Of a DNA stretch of 64,000 nt, positions 23,920 through 36,124 are shown piece after piece; the first letter of the stretch is position 1, and each line of letters opens with the position of its first letter. This DNA comes from Carcharhinus amblyrhynchos (lineage: Eukaryota), in the NCBI GenBank assembly GCA_965287045.1, contig OZ336883.1:33356001-33420000 (forward strand), written 5' to 3'. Below the pieces are notes generated by a model. The model was not told the origin of the DNA, ran no database searches, and was given only the letters and a program-made list of their open reading frames with translations. The position numbers and the translations under genes were made by a program.

Positions 23920-25010
23920 ACATTCAGTTAGTACCAGAAGTTTCCTTCCTTCTGCCCCCCCAACCGGCCCCTCCCCCAGCTCCCCACAGCCCCCGTGCAG
24001 GTCATGTCCTCTTCACCTCGCTGGTCCCACTCACTATCCATGCATCCTGATCGCCTGCCCTGACATGTGTCCTGCTTACACTCTCTCCATCTGTTTTCAT
24101 GCAGCAAATGTTGGCTCATAACAGATGGGAGGAGGCATGCCAGAGCCCAAAGTCCTCATGGACCTTGAAAAGAGAGCAATCCATCTGGCTGGGGGGGGGG
24201 GATGTCGACTGCCCCTGTGCTGATGGTAAAGTCCGCACAGATAAACCAAGTGAGGATCCAGCGCTGCATCGTCCATCAGATGGCAATGCTATGAGTCATG
24301 CCTCCTGTTTCTAAAGGCCCCTGCCATGCACTGATGAAATCTCCTTTCTATTGCAGGCACATCTGGGAAGCAGCCCAGGATGCCCATCAGTCAGATCCTT
24401 GACTCCAAACAAGGGGAAGCAATGGCCTAATGATATTATCACTCGACCATTAATCCAGAAACTCAGCTAATGTTCTGGGGACCCGGGTTCGAATCCCACA
24501 GGATGGTGGAATTTGAATTCAATAAAAATATCTGGAATTAAGAATCTACTGATCACCATGAAACCATCGTTCATTGTCAGAAAAACCCATCAGGTTCACT
24601 AATGTCCTTTAGGGAAGGAAATCTACCATCCTTACCTTGTCTGGCCTACATGTGACTCCAGAGCCACAGCAATGTGGTTGACTCTCAACTGGCCTCTGAG
24701 GGCAACTAGGAATGAGCAATAAATGCTAGTCAGTCAGCAACATCCCACTAATGAATGAAAAAAAACACTGAGAGCCATGCAGAACAGGAATTCACAGATC
24801 CAATATAGAAGGCTCTTCACACCTTCCACCAGCACAGAGATGCAGACCTCAGTGGGACCTCATTCTAGAGAAGCCTCAGGGTCATAATCCCACTCTCAGA
24901 GCCAGTTGGAGGCAGGGACATCCTAGTGAGTTGACTTTCAGAGGGTTGCTGGAGGCCAGGAATCTGCTGATGGTGACCCTCTGGAAGGTCATGCCTCCGT
25001 TTCTAGACCT
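23920..25010 (+). mobile_element. Decayed PIF/Harbinger transposon remnant with Myb/SANT-like gene exon, interrupted by a SINE
   Basis: After acceptor ttttcatgcag: QMLAHNR, then frameshifted GGGMPEPKVLMDLEKRAIHLAG, resembling the HN..TGGG motif of Harbinger Myb/SANT (NAIF1-like) proteins. Confidence 0.5.
24412..24765 (+). mobile_element. tRNA-derived SINE with MetaSINE-like domain and CR1/L2-group tail
   Basis: B box gggttcgaatccc; ggttcactaatgtcctttagggaaggaaatctaccatccttaccttgtctggcctacatgtgactccagagccacagcaatgtggttgactctc; tail aatgaatgaaaaaaaa. Confidence 0.8.
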
Positions 25011-25607
25011 TCAAAGGTATCTCTTCACAGTGACTGAACTCTTCAGTCCCACCTGGATGTTGTAGGGAATGTGGATGTCTCCCACAATGTATAAGGCCAG
25101 TGTCACTCGATCCAGTCAATGTCAATGTGTCGTCTCTGCGTCTTTGATGTGTAGCTGATACCCTATACCTTATGCCCCAGCCTCCGGTGGCACAGACACG
25201 CAAGGGTGTAGCTGATGAAGGGTGATGTTAGATCAGGAGAGGTGAAACATTACCCACTGTATCTCCATAACATGACCCTGGTTATTGAGAGCAAGTGAGC
25301 TGCTATTAACCTGATATTCACAGAAGCTTTGTGAGGATCTATATACGCTGTTCCTATGGCAAGTTGTCCTCATCCTCCTGCAATGGAATTACAGCTGCCA
25401 GATGTTGGGGAAAGGAATGAGGGAAGCATGGTCCTCATGTAGGCCCAGGCAGTGAAGCAGAAAGTTGGGGAAGTTGCTGGGTTGAAGCAGATTACAAAGC
25501 AAGAGAGGGGCCAAGGCCACAGAACATACACAAGACAGTAAGACTTTTCAGGCTGAGGTATTGGGGAACTGGATGTCTGGCCGCTCTTCAAATTTCCTTG
25601 ACCTATG

Positions 25608-25760
25608 ACTTTTGTGACTTTTAAGGGGTATCTGGACAAAAACATGAATAGGATGGGAATAGAGGGATATGGTCCCTGGAAGGGTAGGGGTTTCAGTTCA
25701 GTCGGTGCAGGTTTGGAGGTCCCAAGGGGCTTGTTCCTGTGTTATAATTTTCTTTTTTCA
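25608..25760 (+). mobile_element. CR1 LINE 3' end
   Basis: Matches 38180-38340 (atgaataggatgggaatagagggatatggtccctggaag). Confidence 0.85.
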
Positions 25761-25959
25761 ATCCACGATGATGCCTGCCCCTGGCCGGGCCTGAAAATCC
25801 CACCCACCGATAGGCAATGGAATCAGAACTTTCCCCCCTCATTTGCGGCTGGGATTTTCCGGTGCCGCTGAAAGTTTTGGCTGGAGTGCCAAATTTTCCA
25901 TTCTCACTGGCAATGGGTTTCACCATGGATGAGACGGGAGAATCCCGCCCACGGTCTTC

Positions 25960-26400
25960 GTGATGAAGAGGATGCAGGCTCAGAAGCTCAACGCAGGATT
26001 GATCAGGAAGCCGATATTGCAGTCTGGTCGCCCTGACTTCAAACCAGTGGCCAGAGTGCAGAGTTCGTGAGTGCTGAAGATAACTGACTTAATCCAGATT
26101 GAACTGAAAGAGATTGTGGCTGATCTGAGACTGCAATCTGAAAATTCATCTCAAAGATGCAACATACAGTAAAGGAAGAGGGGGATCGCCGAAGTTACTG
26201 GTGACAAGAGGAACCCATGCCTGGCAATGCTCTGGCTATCCAGGCTGTTGAGAGTACAATCAAATGGACACAACTGTTTGAACCAGAAAATGGAAGCAAT
26301 GTTTTGAAGGAGGACGGTGTTCTTGAAATTGTCAGAGACTGCGACAAAGTGGATGAGGAGAGTTCAAGCACCATATTCACTGAGAATATGTGATTCATAA
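25960..26400 (+). pseudogene. Decayed coding remnant, possibly a pogo/Tigger transposase C-terminus
   Basis: Fragments SAEFVSAEDN, IELKEIVADL and EEPMPGNALAIQAVESTIKW with stops and frameshifts; acidic composition; family assignment is from memory. Confidence 0.35.
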
Positions 26401-26464
26401 CACTGGGAGGACTGAAAAGTGATAGATGATTGCACATAACACCTTGGTAACTAAACACACACAA

Positions 26465-27047
26465 TACAGCGGCTGCAAACGCAGGTCAGAGGCTAGGCAT
26501 ACTGCAGAGAGTAACTCACCCCCTGTCTACCCAAAGCCTGTCCATCATTTAAAAGTCAGGAGTGTGATAGAGTAGTCCCCACTTGCCTGGATGGGTGCAG
26601 TCCAACAATACTCAAGAAGCTTGACACTATCCAGGACAAAGTGGATTGGCACCACATCCACAAACGTTCACTCCCTCTACCATGACGCTCATTAGCAGCA
26701 GTGTGTAATATCTGTATGATGCACTGCAGAAATTCACCAAAAATATTTAGACAGCACATTCCAAGCCCACTTCCATCTAAAAGGACAAGGGTAGCGGATG
26801 CAACTGAACACCATCACCTGCAAGTTCCCCTCCAAGCCACTCACCATCCCTACTTGGAAATATATCGCTGTTCCTTCGCAATCACTGGATCCCAGAATTC
26901 CCTCCCTAACAGCATTGTGGGTCAACCCACAGCACGGGGACTGCAGTGATTCAAGAAGGCAGCTCACCACCACCTCCTCAAGGGCAACCATGGATGGGCA
27001 ATAAATACTGGCCAGCCAGCAATGCCCATGCTGCACAAAAAAAATAA
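26465..27047 (+). mobile_element. CR1/L2-group LINE 3' end
   Basis: Colinear with 14920-15486. Confidence 0.9.
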
Positions 27048-27210
27048 AGAAACCTACAGTTCTGAGAATCTGAAATAAAAACAGAAAATCTGTAGAACTA
27101 AATCTATAGAGGAAAAACAGATCAGCGATCTGGGTGGAAGACCAATCATCAGCATTTAATAAAAACTCGTCATAGACTGAGGGAGAGAAAATACAAATTA
27201 AACATTTACA

Positions 27211-27418
27211 GCATAGAAACAAAATATTGCGGACGCTGGAATCTAAAACCAAGAAAGAAAATTCTGGAAAATCTCAGCAGATCTGGCAGCATCTGTAAGG
27301 AGGGAAAAGAGCTGATGTTTCGAGCCCAGATGATCCTTTGTCAAAGCTTTGTCAAAAAATCATCTGGACTTGAAGCATCAGCTCTTTTCTCTCCTTACAG
27401 ATGCTGTTAGACCTGCTG
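27211..27418. mobile_element. Palindromic Penelope-like element with inverted hammerhead-bearing arms
   Basis: Inverted repeat 27274-27419 centred on aaagcttt (27343-27350); aaacatttaca repeated at 27200-27210 and 27419-27429. Confidence 0.7.
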
Positions 27419-29744
27419 AAACATTTACAACAACAGTTCGAAAATCATTTAAACTTTTTAAGTCTTCACCTGGAATTTCTGTCAGACAAAAATAAAATGC
27501 ACTTCAGCTAATGTAAGAATTATAGAATGTAATAATTGCCATTAATGCGAGTCTATGGATGGACTTATTTTGTCAAAATGCACATCCCAGCTGTATGTGG
27601 TGCCGTTAGTAATGTTCTTAATAGATGCTTTGCGGTGAACTAAGCTGTAAACAAGAGTGGAATGGCTGCCAATGAAAGTAAAAGATTTTAAATCATTTTA
27701 ATGATTACAACGCCTAAAGACAAAAATGAAAGAAATTGTTCTAATCGAATTCTTGTACTCTCATCCTCATCTCAGCACCTACTAATCACTGCATTACAAT
27801 GATTAGAATGCTATCTGCAAGCTGCCAAGAACAGTTAAACAGGAAATTTAATGGGAGCAATAATGCTCGATACCCATAGCGGCAATTTTGCTTGCTGTGG
27901 CAATTACCTTTGAAGATGTGATATATTCATTATGACACTAAAAGGTTTTGAATGGCGTGCCAAAATATATGGCCGGAATTTTGCTTCCGAGGTGGGTGAC
28001 TAGAGCTGGAAACAATTTCGGACCTGGTAAACCCTCTTCTGTTTAAAGGGCCCTCTGAAGCCCAATTTTTGCTTCAGGGAAGTGGGGTCAAGTCTGTTGA
28101 CCCGAGAAGCAGATAAGAGACAGTCATGAGGGCTGATAACTGACAAGGTAAGCTGGTTAGAAGGACTACCTCATCTCTCTAGGACTCTGACCATGTTGTT
28201 TTCAGAGCTGTTAGACCCTCAAGCCCTCACACCTCCCACCCAACTCTAATCCCCCTCATTCCTCATACCACCACCTCAGCTACACATTCAATATCCACCA
28301 TGGACTAATCGCAGAACCCATGTGGAGATGCAAAAAATAAACTTCTACAAGTCTAATACAGATCTCATGAATACACAATTGATCAAGAAAAAATAATTAT
28401 TGAAACCTATTCATAGCTTTTAAATCCCCTCAAGTAGTTAATCTGTTATAAAAGCAAAAACATTTCTGTTCAGTAGCCTCATAAAAGACAGCTAATTCTC
28501 TAATAGCTTGTTTAAACTGTCGATAAAAAGTTAACCCAGTCACCACCTCCTGAGGTAAGTGCTTTTATAGCATTTGAAACTCAGCCAACCATCTTTATTG
28601 GAACTATGGAGCAGATAGTCATATTTTTTACCTAGCATACACTAGATGGCCTGTCAGGCAAAGTAGTCCATCAGACAGTGTGTTGTTTTAATGCTCACTA
28701 AGCGCTTAGGCCAGTTTTTCCCCCCGGTTTAAAGGGAAACTGGGTCAGTGCCAGATAGCAGTGTGAGGATACTGCCCAGGCATGCCCCATACCCGCGGGT
28801 GCTATACTAACCTGTATGCTCCCAGTGGGTTCCTGTGTCTGGTTCCCATTTTGGAAAACCTGTTGTAAATCTCACCAACATGACATCATATCAGTGAGGA
28901 TGGAGATACCAATGTGGAGGGAAGATATGGCAGAGAAGCCTGTTTATCAGATTCTGATTTATTTAAATTAGGTTACTAACCTTTCTGGGCAGGAACCCTA
29001 TTATGTCACCAACATCTCATTGGGTATCTTGCCAGTGATATTCTTGTTTTTCAATTCTCCCAAGATTTTGCACCTACGGCAAATGTGGATGCAAAACTGT
29101 GGCCTTAGGAGTGACCTTACCAGCTCATCCCGCCAGTCGATTGGCGAGGCAAGCCAATAAGTTCAGGCAAGAGGTGAAAAATCAGGCTTGTGATTCACCT
29201 CTCAAAATGTTACTAACAATGTTTTGCCAACAAAATCAGCTTCCAGATTTTGTGACTTCCGGACACTGTTGTCGGGGCTCACTTGCCCTTATCTCCTCGC
29301 TGGTCAAGGTCCACACCAACGAGGATCATGTATGACCTTGCGGTGGGAAAGAAGGACATTGGAGCGTCCCAGCTGGTTGAGGGCAGGGCTGAGAAGTACC
29401 CCTTGGGCAGTGCCAACCTGGAAGTGCCAGCCTGGCACCTTGACACTGCCTACCAGACACCAGGCAGTGCCAAAGGAATGGGGCCAAATGGGGAAGGGCC
29501 TGAGGGGGTAGGTCTATGACAGGTGGAAGCAGAGGAGGAGCTCTGAGGTGGAGAAGGGTATGGGGTGTTAGAAATGGGTTAACTGACCTTCTAATTAAGT
29601 CCTAATTTGTTGTCAATTATTCAATAGAAGTCACTGATATAGAAAGGGCCCACAGGTGGCATAGTTTGTTGAAGGGGAATTGTGTGTGCAGTTGGATCAA
29701 CCAGCTGAATACTTCTAGCATTTTCTAAGGTTACAATGGGATCC

Positions 29745-29942
29745 ATCTTCCCCTCCTCCCCCCCCTCCCCGGCCAAGAGAATGATCTGGCCTCACTCCCT
29801 TCCCGCCCCCCCCTCCCCGAGTACGATCTGGCCTCACTCCCTCTCCCCCGCCCAGGGAATGATCTGGCTTCACTCCCCTCCCCTCCCCAACCAGAGAATG
29901 ATCTGACTCGCTTCCCTTCCCCCATCCCACCACTGATCTGAG
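29745..29942. repeat. C-rich minisatellite, about 5 units of 35-45 bp
   Basis: Recurrent gatctggcctcactccc followed by C tracts; lies inside a GC-rich repeat ending near 30264. Confidence 0.8.
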
Positions 29943-30507
29943 TCAGAGAGCCATTGGAAGCTCTGAACTCACCTCTTCAGCAGCTGGAGTGTCCGATTCA
30001 GACTTTTATTCAGCATGTTCATTTAGGCGCGATTCTGTATTAGCGAACACAGTGGTAAAGGAGGAAATGCTGATAAAGTTGGACGGGCAGTTCATTAACT
30101 CAATTGAAATGTATGCAAACGCATTTAAATCACCGTTGTACCATTTCGGGTGCAAGTCGGATTGTGGCCATTCCCAGACCTTAGCACAGGCGCAGGCGCG
30201 GATCATGTTAATGGCTTCATCCCTGACTTTACCACTTTTTCAAAGCGCAATGGCAAAATAGGTCAATTAAATGCAGTAACCATGAATTTACATAATTTAT
30301 ACTATGATTTACAGAATTATTCCAGAAGAGTACTTTAAGAGACTGTTTGTGCTGAAGCAGATTGTTGAAGCAGTTGTCCCTCGCTGAGTCTCTGTCTCTT
30401 AAAAGTATTGTGCCTGGATTTGTAAAGTAACCACACTGAAAAGAGAAATGTATAGCAAACTAAAATCTCTTGGTAATAAAACATGGACATCTGCTCTGTA
30501 CAACTAT

Positions 30508-30836
30508 AGTAAGAAGTCTCACAACACCAGGTTAAAGTCCAACAGGTTTATTTGGTAGATTAAGCTTTTGGAGCGTTGCTCCTTCTTCAGGTGAGTGAGG
30601 AGTTCTGTTCACAAACAGGGCGAATAAAGACACAAAATCAATTTACAAGATAATGATTGGAATGTGAGTCTTTGCAGGTAATCAAGTCTTAAAGGTACAG
30701 ACAATGTGAGTGGAGAGAGGGTTACGCACAGATTAAAGAGATGTGTACTGTCTCCAGCCAGAACCATTAATGAGATTTTGCAAGTCGTGGGGCTTACAGA
30801 AAGTGTGACATGGACCCAAGACCCCGGGTGTACAAC
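30508..30836 (-). mobile_element. Penelope-like element terminal fragment with degenerate hammerhead
   Basis: Homologous to 50225-50430; minus strand cac-CUGAAGA-A-GGAGC-AAC-GCUCC-AAAA (G12 mutated) at about 30558-30594. Confidence 0.75.
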
Positions 30837-31495
30837 TACACCCAGGCAGACAAAATGACCGCAACATTCTATCAGTGCATTGAGCCCAGCCAAGGAACAG
30901 TTAACTGTACACTCCTGTGTTTAATCTTCATCATGGACTGTAAAAGATCCTTAAGCTTAACTTCTCATATGGCGATACTGCTGTATGTGTGTGGGCTCAG
31001 GACAACGTGTGTGATCTGTGAATGATTTTTTTTTAAGTTTGGGAAATAGTTTGATAAATTTATCTTATCTGACTAATTCTTTACAAACTGAAAGTATAAA
31101 CAGTGGATCTGCTGAAGTATTGGTAACACACATCCTCTTTAAATTCACAAGCTGTTACAGTCAGATATGAAGTGGGAAAATAGGGCAGTCATTTCACTCC
31201 TCCTAACATAACAACAAGCTATGTGCCTCCCATTCATGATATAGGCTCCAAAAGCAACACCAGTACAATGTTTGTACGGGCACGCCAAGTTGCTAATGTG
31301 GATTAAACACTCCTCATTTTTGACATTCTGTTCAGCCCAATCAGGTTGTGCAGGGCTATCAAAGGAGAAAGTTGCTCACATTAAAGTCAGTTGGCAATAT
31401 AAAACATCGTTTCACTGTAATTCTCAGGGCACATTGTGATGGAACAAAAATGCCACCTTATATCACCTTCAAACAAAACAACTCTCTCCAAAAAA

Positions 31496-32406
31496 AATCA
31501 TAAGGCCACTAGGAGTGACCAATACTGTACAGGAAGGAATTCAATGGATGAAGTTTGAGTGTAGACTTGTGTAGTGTGTGAAGCAAAAAGTCCTTTTATG
31601 CTGTGCTGTGAAATAGGTTTTTGTAAAATTGTCTGCTTTAAAGCTAGTTTTTTTTTCCATTTGTGGAGTTAAAAAGAGGTGCAGGTGCATACGGTACACA
31701 GACTGAAACATTGTAGTGCGAGGCCAAGCAGCAGTGTTGCCAAGACAATAGACTGTTTTTGAATTTTGCCCAATCAGTTTAAAGTAGGCATTTGAATAAC
31801 AGCAGCCTATCAGATTTGAATTTGATGTTTTGGTAACCTGAGAACAAATCCTATTATGGGAATGTTGGTATAAGAGATAGCTCTCAGCTTGAGCCAGGCA
31901 GTCAGCCACTGTCTCTGCCACATTCACAGCGTTAGAGAGAGAAAGAACAGACAGACAGACTGACAGTTAGCAACTGCTCTCTGACACAGCACATTTATGT
32001 CTTAAAAGAAAGTCTAATCTCAATAGTGAAGACAGCAAAGAAGAAAGAAGATAGAAGATTCGGAAGAAGACAAACCTCATTGAAATCTTGAGAGTGACTA
32101 AAAAATTCTTTTTTTTTGTTAATAAGTGGGAATTGTATTTATCTAAACAACATTCCATTTGAAGAGTGTTTTATTCAGTTGTTAATAGTTTAATTAATCT
32201 GTTCACTGTTAGTTAGATAAATAAAGTTTTACTTGTTGATTTTACAGAGAGAATCTCGGTAGTTATTTTGATTTAACCACTAAAAGTTGCTGGAGTGTCG
32301 ATATTATTCCTTCTCACAACTTTTATAAGATTATAAAACAAAGTAATCCTCTTTGAGTGGTTAGGTGTTAGCTCTCAGAGAGAGGATCAACCTTCCCTTT
32401 ATAATA
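31496..32406 (+). mobile_element. Candidate solo LTR
   Basis: CCAAT (31770), TATA-like ggtataag (31867), AG-rich segment and AATAAA (32220) in LTR order; termini degenerate. Confidence 0.4.
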
Positions 32407-32586
32407 GCTGTCTCTCCGCACTTTTAGGTGTCATTCACTATCATGCATCAAGGATATATTAGATGATAACAGCACAGATCTTGTCATCATTCCTGAGGAC
32501 ATAATTGGCCAGTTCCTAGAGGTGTTCCCAAAACATAACAAGTGTCTCTGCTCTGGAACACCACAAGGCAACCTAATGAAACCAGA

Positions 32587-32713
32587 GGTGGGATTCTTTG
32601 GCCATTCACGGTAGCGGGATTCTCTGGTCCCACTGCAGTGAATGAAGATTTGGCTGAGTGCCAAATTCTCCATCCTCGCTGACAGGGTGTGAATGGCTAG
32701 AGAATTCTGGCCA
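32587..32713. mobile_element. Harbinger-like MITE
   Basis: ggtgggattctttggccattcac ... gtgaatggctagagaattctggcc inverted ends. Confidence 0.65.
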
Positions 32714-33737
32714 AACCTTTTTTTTTACTCATTGTCCAACGGATGAAAAAAGCTTAGGATGCCAATGATTTGAGTGTTGTTCAACATGATTTTAGAAGCA
32801 AAAAGGAAAAGAAGCAAGGAACAATGTGTATTATGTTTGAGAAAAGATAGTAATGTGCAAATTATTAATTTTAATATAGTGTAAACATATATGCTTTTGG
32901 TACAAGAAGAGAAATGCCTGTTACAAAAATGTTCCAACAGAGAGGCATGTAAGGTCCATACACTGGAGCACTCCTTCTACCCATTTGGTAGCAGAGCTTG
33001 GTTATTGCTGAAAAAGGAAGTAATCATCAAAGCTTTTCATCTTGCACATATCAGGACAATTCACAAGAATAGCAAACTAAGGGAATTTAATGAAAATATG
33101 CTGTATTGCTGGTCTAAAATCCAGGGACATCCTTCCTAACAGTACAGTGGGAATACTTTAACCAAATGAGCTGCAGCAGTTTAAGGCCACAGTTCATCAT
33201 TCCCTTCTCAGTGGGGATGAGAGATGAATATTGAACTTGCCAGTGCTGCCTGCATCTGTTCCTGAACAAACCTTTTTACATGATAATTAAAAATGCTAAC
33301 CTGGTTCATGCCCTCGTTGGGTGTGAACCATATTCCGTCAGGACGTGGGGATGGTGAAAATCCCTGAGGGGGTTCTCCCCAGTGCTAATTATGCTATGAC
33401 CCCCCCTCCCCCATAATTCTTAGACTCAGCACAGTCCCAGAACTATCTGTTCCTTGAGCATGCAGGGCTGGGGAATCATCACCAGTATGTTGGAGCACCA
33501 ATACGTGACTACAATACTGACTTGAACTTCCATTTGGAGCCATGTATCTGCTCTCAGTTACACCGCTATGAGAAGGGAAATTTTGTGTCCCTCCTAACAG
33601 CCAGTTTGGAACACTGTAGGATGATACTCAGGCACAGGTCAACGGTGGAACAACACTCATCAGGACAAACAGAAGACTGCCAAATTTCAAACAATCAATA
33701 ATTTATAACCCTAGTGAAAAGGGTGTTGATTTTATCA

Positions 33738-34050
33738 AATTATAGAATCATATAGTGAAGAAGGAGTCCACTTGGCCCATTGAGACAGCGCTGACCACGA
33801 TCCCATCCTGACCCTATCCCCATAAACCCATTTACTTAACCTAGCTAGTCCCCCTGACACTAACAGCAATTTAGCATGGCCAATCCACCTGACCCGCACA
33901 TCTTTGGATTGTGGGAGGAAACCAGAGCACCCAGAGGCACACAGACACAGGAAGAATGTGAGAACTCCACACAGACATTGACCTGAGACGGAATTGAACC
34001 TTGGTCCCTGGAGCTGTGGGGCAGCAGTGCTAACCACTGTGCCACCATCC
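33738..34050 (-). mobile_element. HE1-like SINE, CR1-type tail
   Basis: Full head, core and tail. Confidence 0.9.
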
Positions 34051-34334
34051 CATCCTGGCATTTGTCGGCAAGTCAAGTCTGGTGAAGGAGTTGCCATGGA
34101 GAAAACAACAGAGAACTAGGGGCTTGTCAAGCTCCCTAGTAATTTAAAAAATACACAAGACTTGAATATATTCCTTTAGTTTGAGGAGAAATGGTCCATG
34201 GGCATAAATGTATGCTGCTCCTAGCAAGCATAAATGAGCCATGCTGTCATTGCTGGAAATTTGGCATTCTTGCACTGGCAACATGTCTCTCTTTTCAGCA
34301 ATATTCATCTGTTTTTGATGTAATATGCTTTGAG

Positions 34335-34629
34335 TAGTGTAATTGGCACTGCTGCCTCTTAGCGCCAGGGCCTCAGGTTCAATTCCAGGCTTGGGTGACT
34401 GTCTGTGCGGAGTCTGTATGTGTCTGTGTGGGTTTCCTCCGAGAGGTTTGGTTTCTTCCCCAGTTCAAAAGACATGCTGGTTAGGTGCATTGACCACGCT
34501 AAATTCTCCCTCAGTGTACCCGAACATGTGCCTGAGTGTGGCAACTGGGGGATTTTCACTGTAACTTCATTGCAGTGTTAATACAAGCCTACTCGTGACA
34601 CTAATAAATAAAGTTTAAATAAACTTTAA
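34335..34629 (+). mobile_element. V-SINE, tail-B subfamily
   Basis: Tail ggattttcactgtaacttcattgcagtgttaatacaagcctactcgtgacactaataaataaag. Confidence 0.9.
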
Positions 34630-35406
34630 TATATGTTTAGTGTATCATATTGTCATTCCACCAATCAAAAGTCATTCTTTAGCAGCATTTTTTGACAATT
34701 AATTTGGGAATCATTAGCTGCACGTTAGTTTGACATGAATTCATAATACAATGATTGTAAAAACATAAATCTAACAAAAACGTAACAATGAAACAGTGTT
34801 CACTATCAGTGCCGTTTAGTTAGTAATGCATTCTAATCGGTTTAATGATCTAGAAAGTGGCCCCGTAGCTTTTAGGCAAGTAATTTTTCTGCATTTTTGC
34901 CCATGTTCATTGAATGAGGGTTAGCTGCCATTAGTTCCTGCTGTGACAACTGCTGATTATGCCAGTTAAATAAGGTGTTCCAATTGTGTCAGATGTGCAC
35001 AATTTGCTACGTTCACAATCCTGCCCATTGGCTCAACACCCCGTCGATATAAACTCTTCCAGCTGAGGCTGAAATGCCAAATGTGCGGCAGCTAGTTATT
35101 CACTTTCTGACCTATATTAATCGGAACTTAACTAGAACATTTTATACCACATCATGATTTATTCTCTGTTTCGACAAAGAAAAGACAACAGATTCTTTCG
35201 GGTTTGCCTCTGCAATTTCGACTTTCACTGGGTGATTTTTCAGCAAACTAGAATTAGTTTCATGTTAAAAAAAAACCTTGACCAGAATGTTACCACCATT
35301 CACCCAGCAGGATTTTTACCATTCTGCTGCAGTGAACGGAGATTTGGTTGGGCGCCACATTTTCCAACCTCATTGCAGCTAGTTCATAGCATGAACAGCC
35401 GGTAAG

Positions 35407-35748
35407 ATAGAATCATAGAACCCTACAGTGCAGAAAGAGGCCCTTCGGCCCATTGAGTCTGCACTGACCACAATTCCGCCCAGGCCCTACCCCCTTAACC
35501 CTACATATTTTACCCACTAATCCCTCTAATCTACACATCTCAGGACGCTAAGGGGAAATTTTAGCATGGCCAATCAACCTAACCCGCACATCTCTGGACT
35601 GTGGGAGGAAATCAGAGCACCCGGAGGAAACCCACGCACACACGAGGAGAATGTGCAAACTCCACACAGACAGTGACCCGAGCCGGGAATCGAAGCCAGA
35701 TCCCTGGGGCTGTGAAGCAGCAGTGCTAACCACTTTGCTACCATGCCA
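35407..35748 (-). mobile_element. HE1-like SINE, CR1-type tail
   Basis: Full length, well preserved (CpGs retained). Confidence 0.92.
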
Positions 35749-35784
35749 CACAATCTTGCACTTTAGAGAAATCTTTCTAAGAAA

Positions 35785-35990
35785 TAAAACAAAGACTTGA
35801 ATTTATGCAGGAGCATTCAGATTATCAGAAAGTATTTTACAGTAGGTTCTCTAATCTGTATTCACTGTTGTAATGCGCAGCAACATGGCAGCCTATATGT
35901 GCACCACGTGGTCCCACAAACAACAATGCAGAAATAACCAGTTAATCTGTTTGAGTTGTACTGACGGGGGGTGAAATATTTTCCACGACA
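35785..35990 (-). mobile_element. Deu-domain SINE 3' part
   Basis: caacatggcagcctatatgtgcacc...tcccacaaacaacaatg; homologous to 1151-1330. Confidence 0.6.
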
Positions 35991-36124
35991 AGCAATCTGA
36001 TATCCTTATTTTAGATTTAGCAGTTATCCATGAATAATACTGTCAGGAAAATTTCCATTTGTACACAGAAAGGGAAACTGAGGAAGACATCCTCTGCTAA
36101 CTGATCCAAGCTGATCATTACAAT

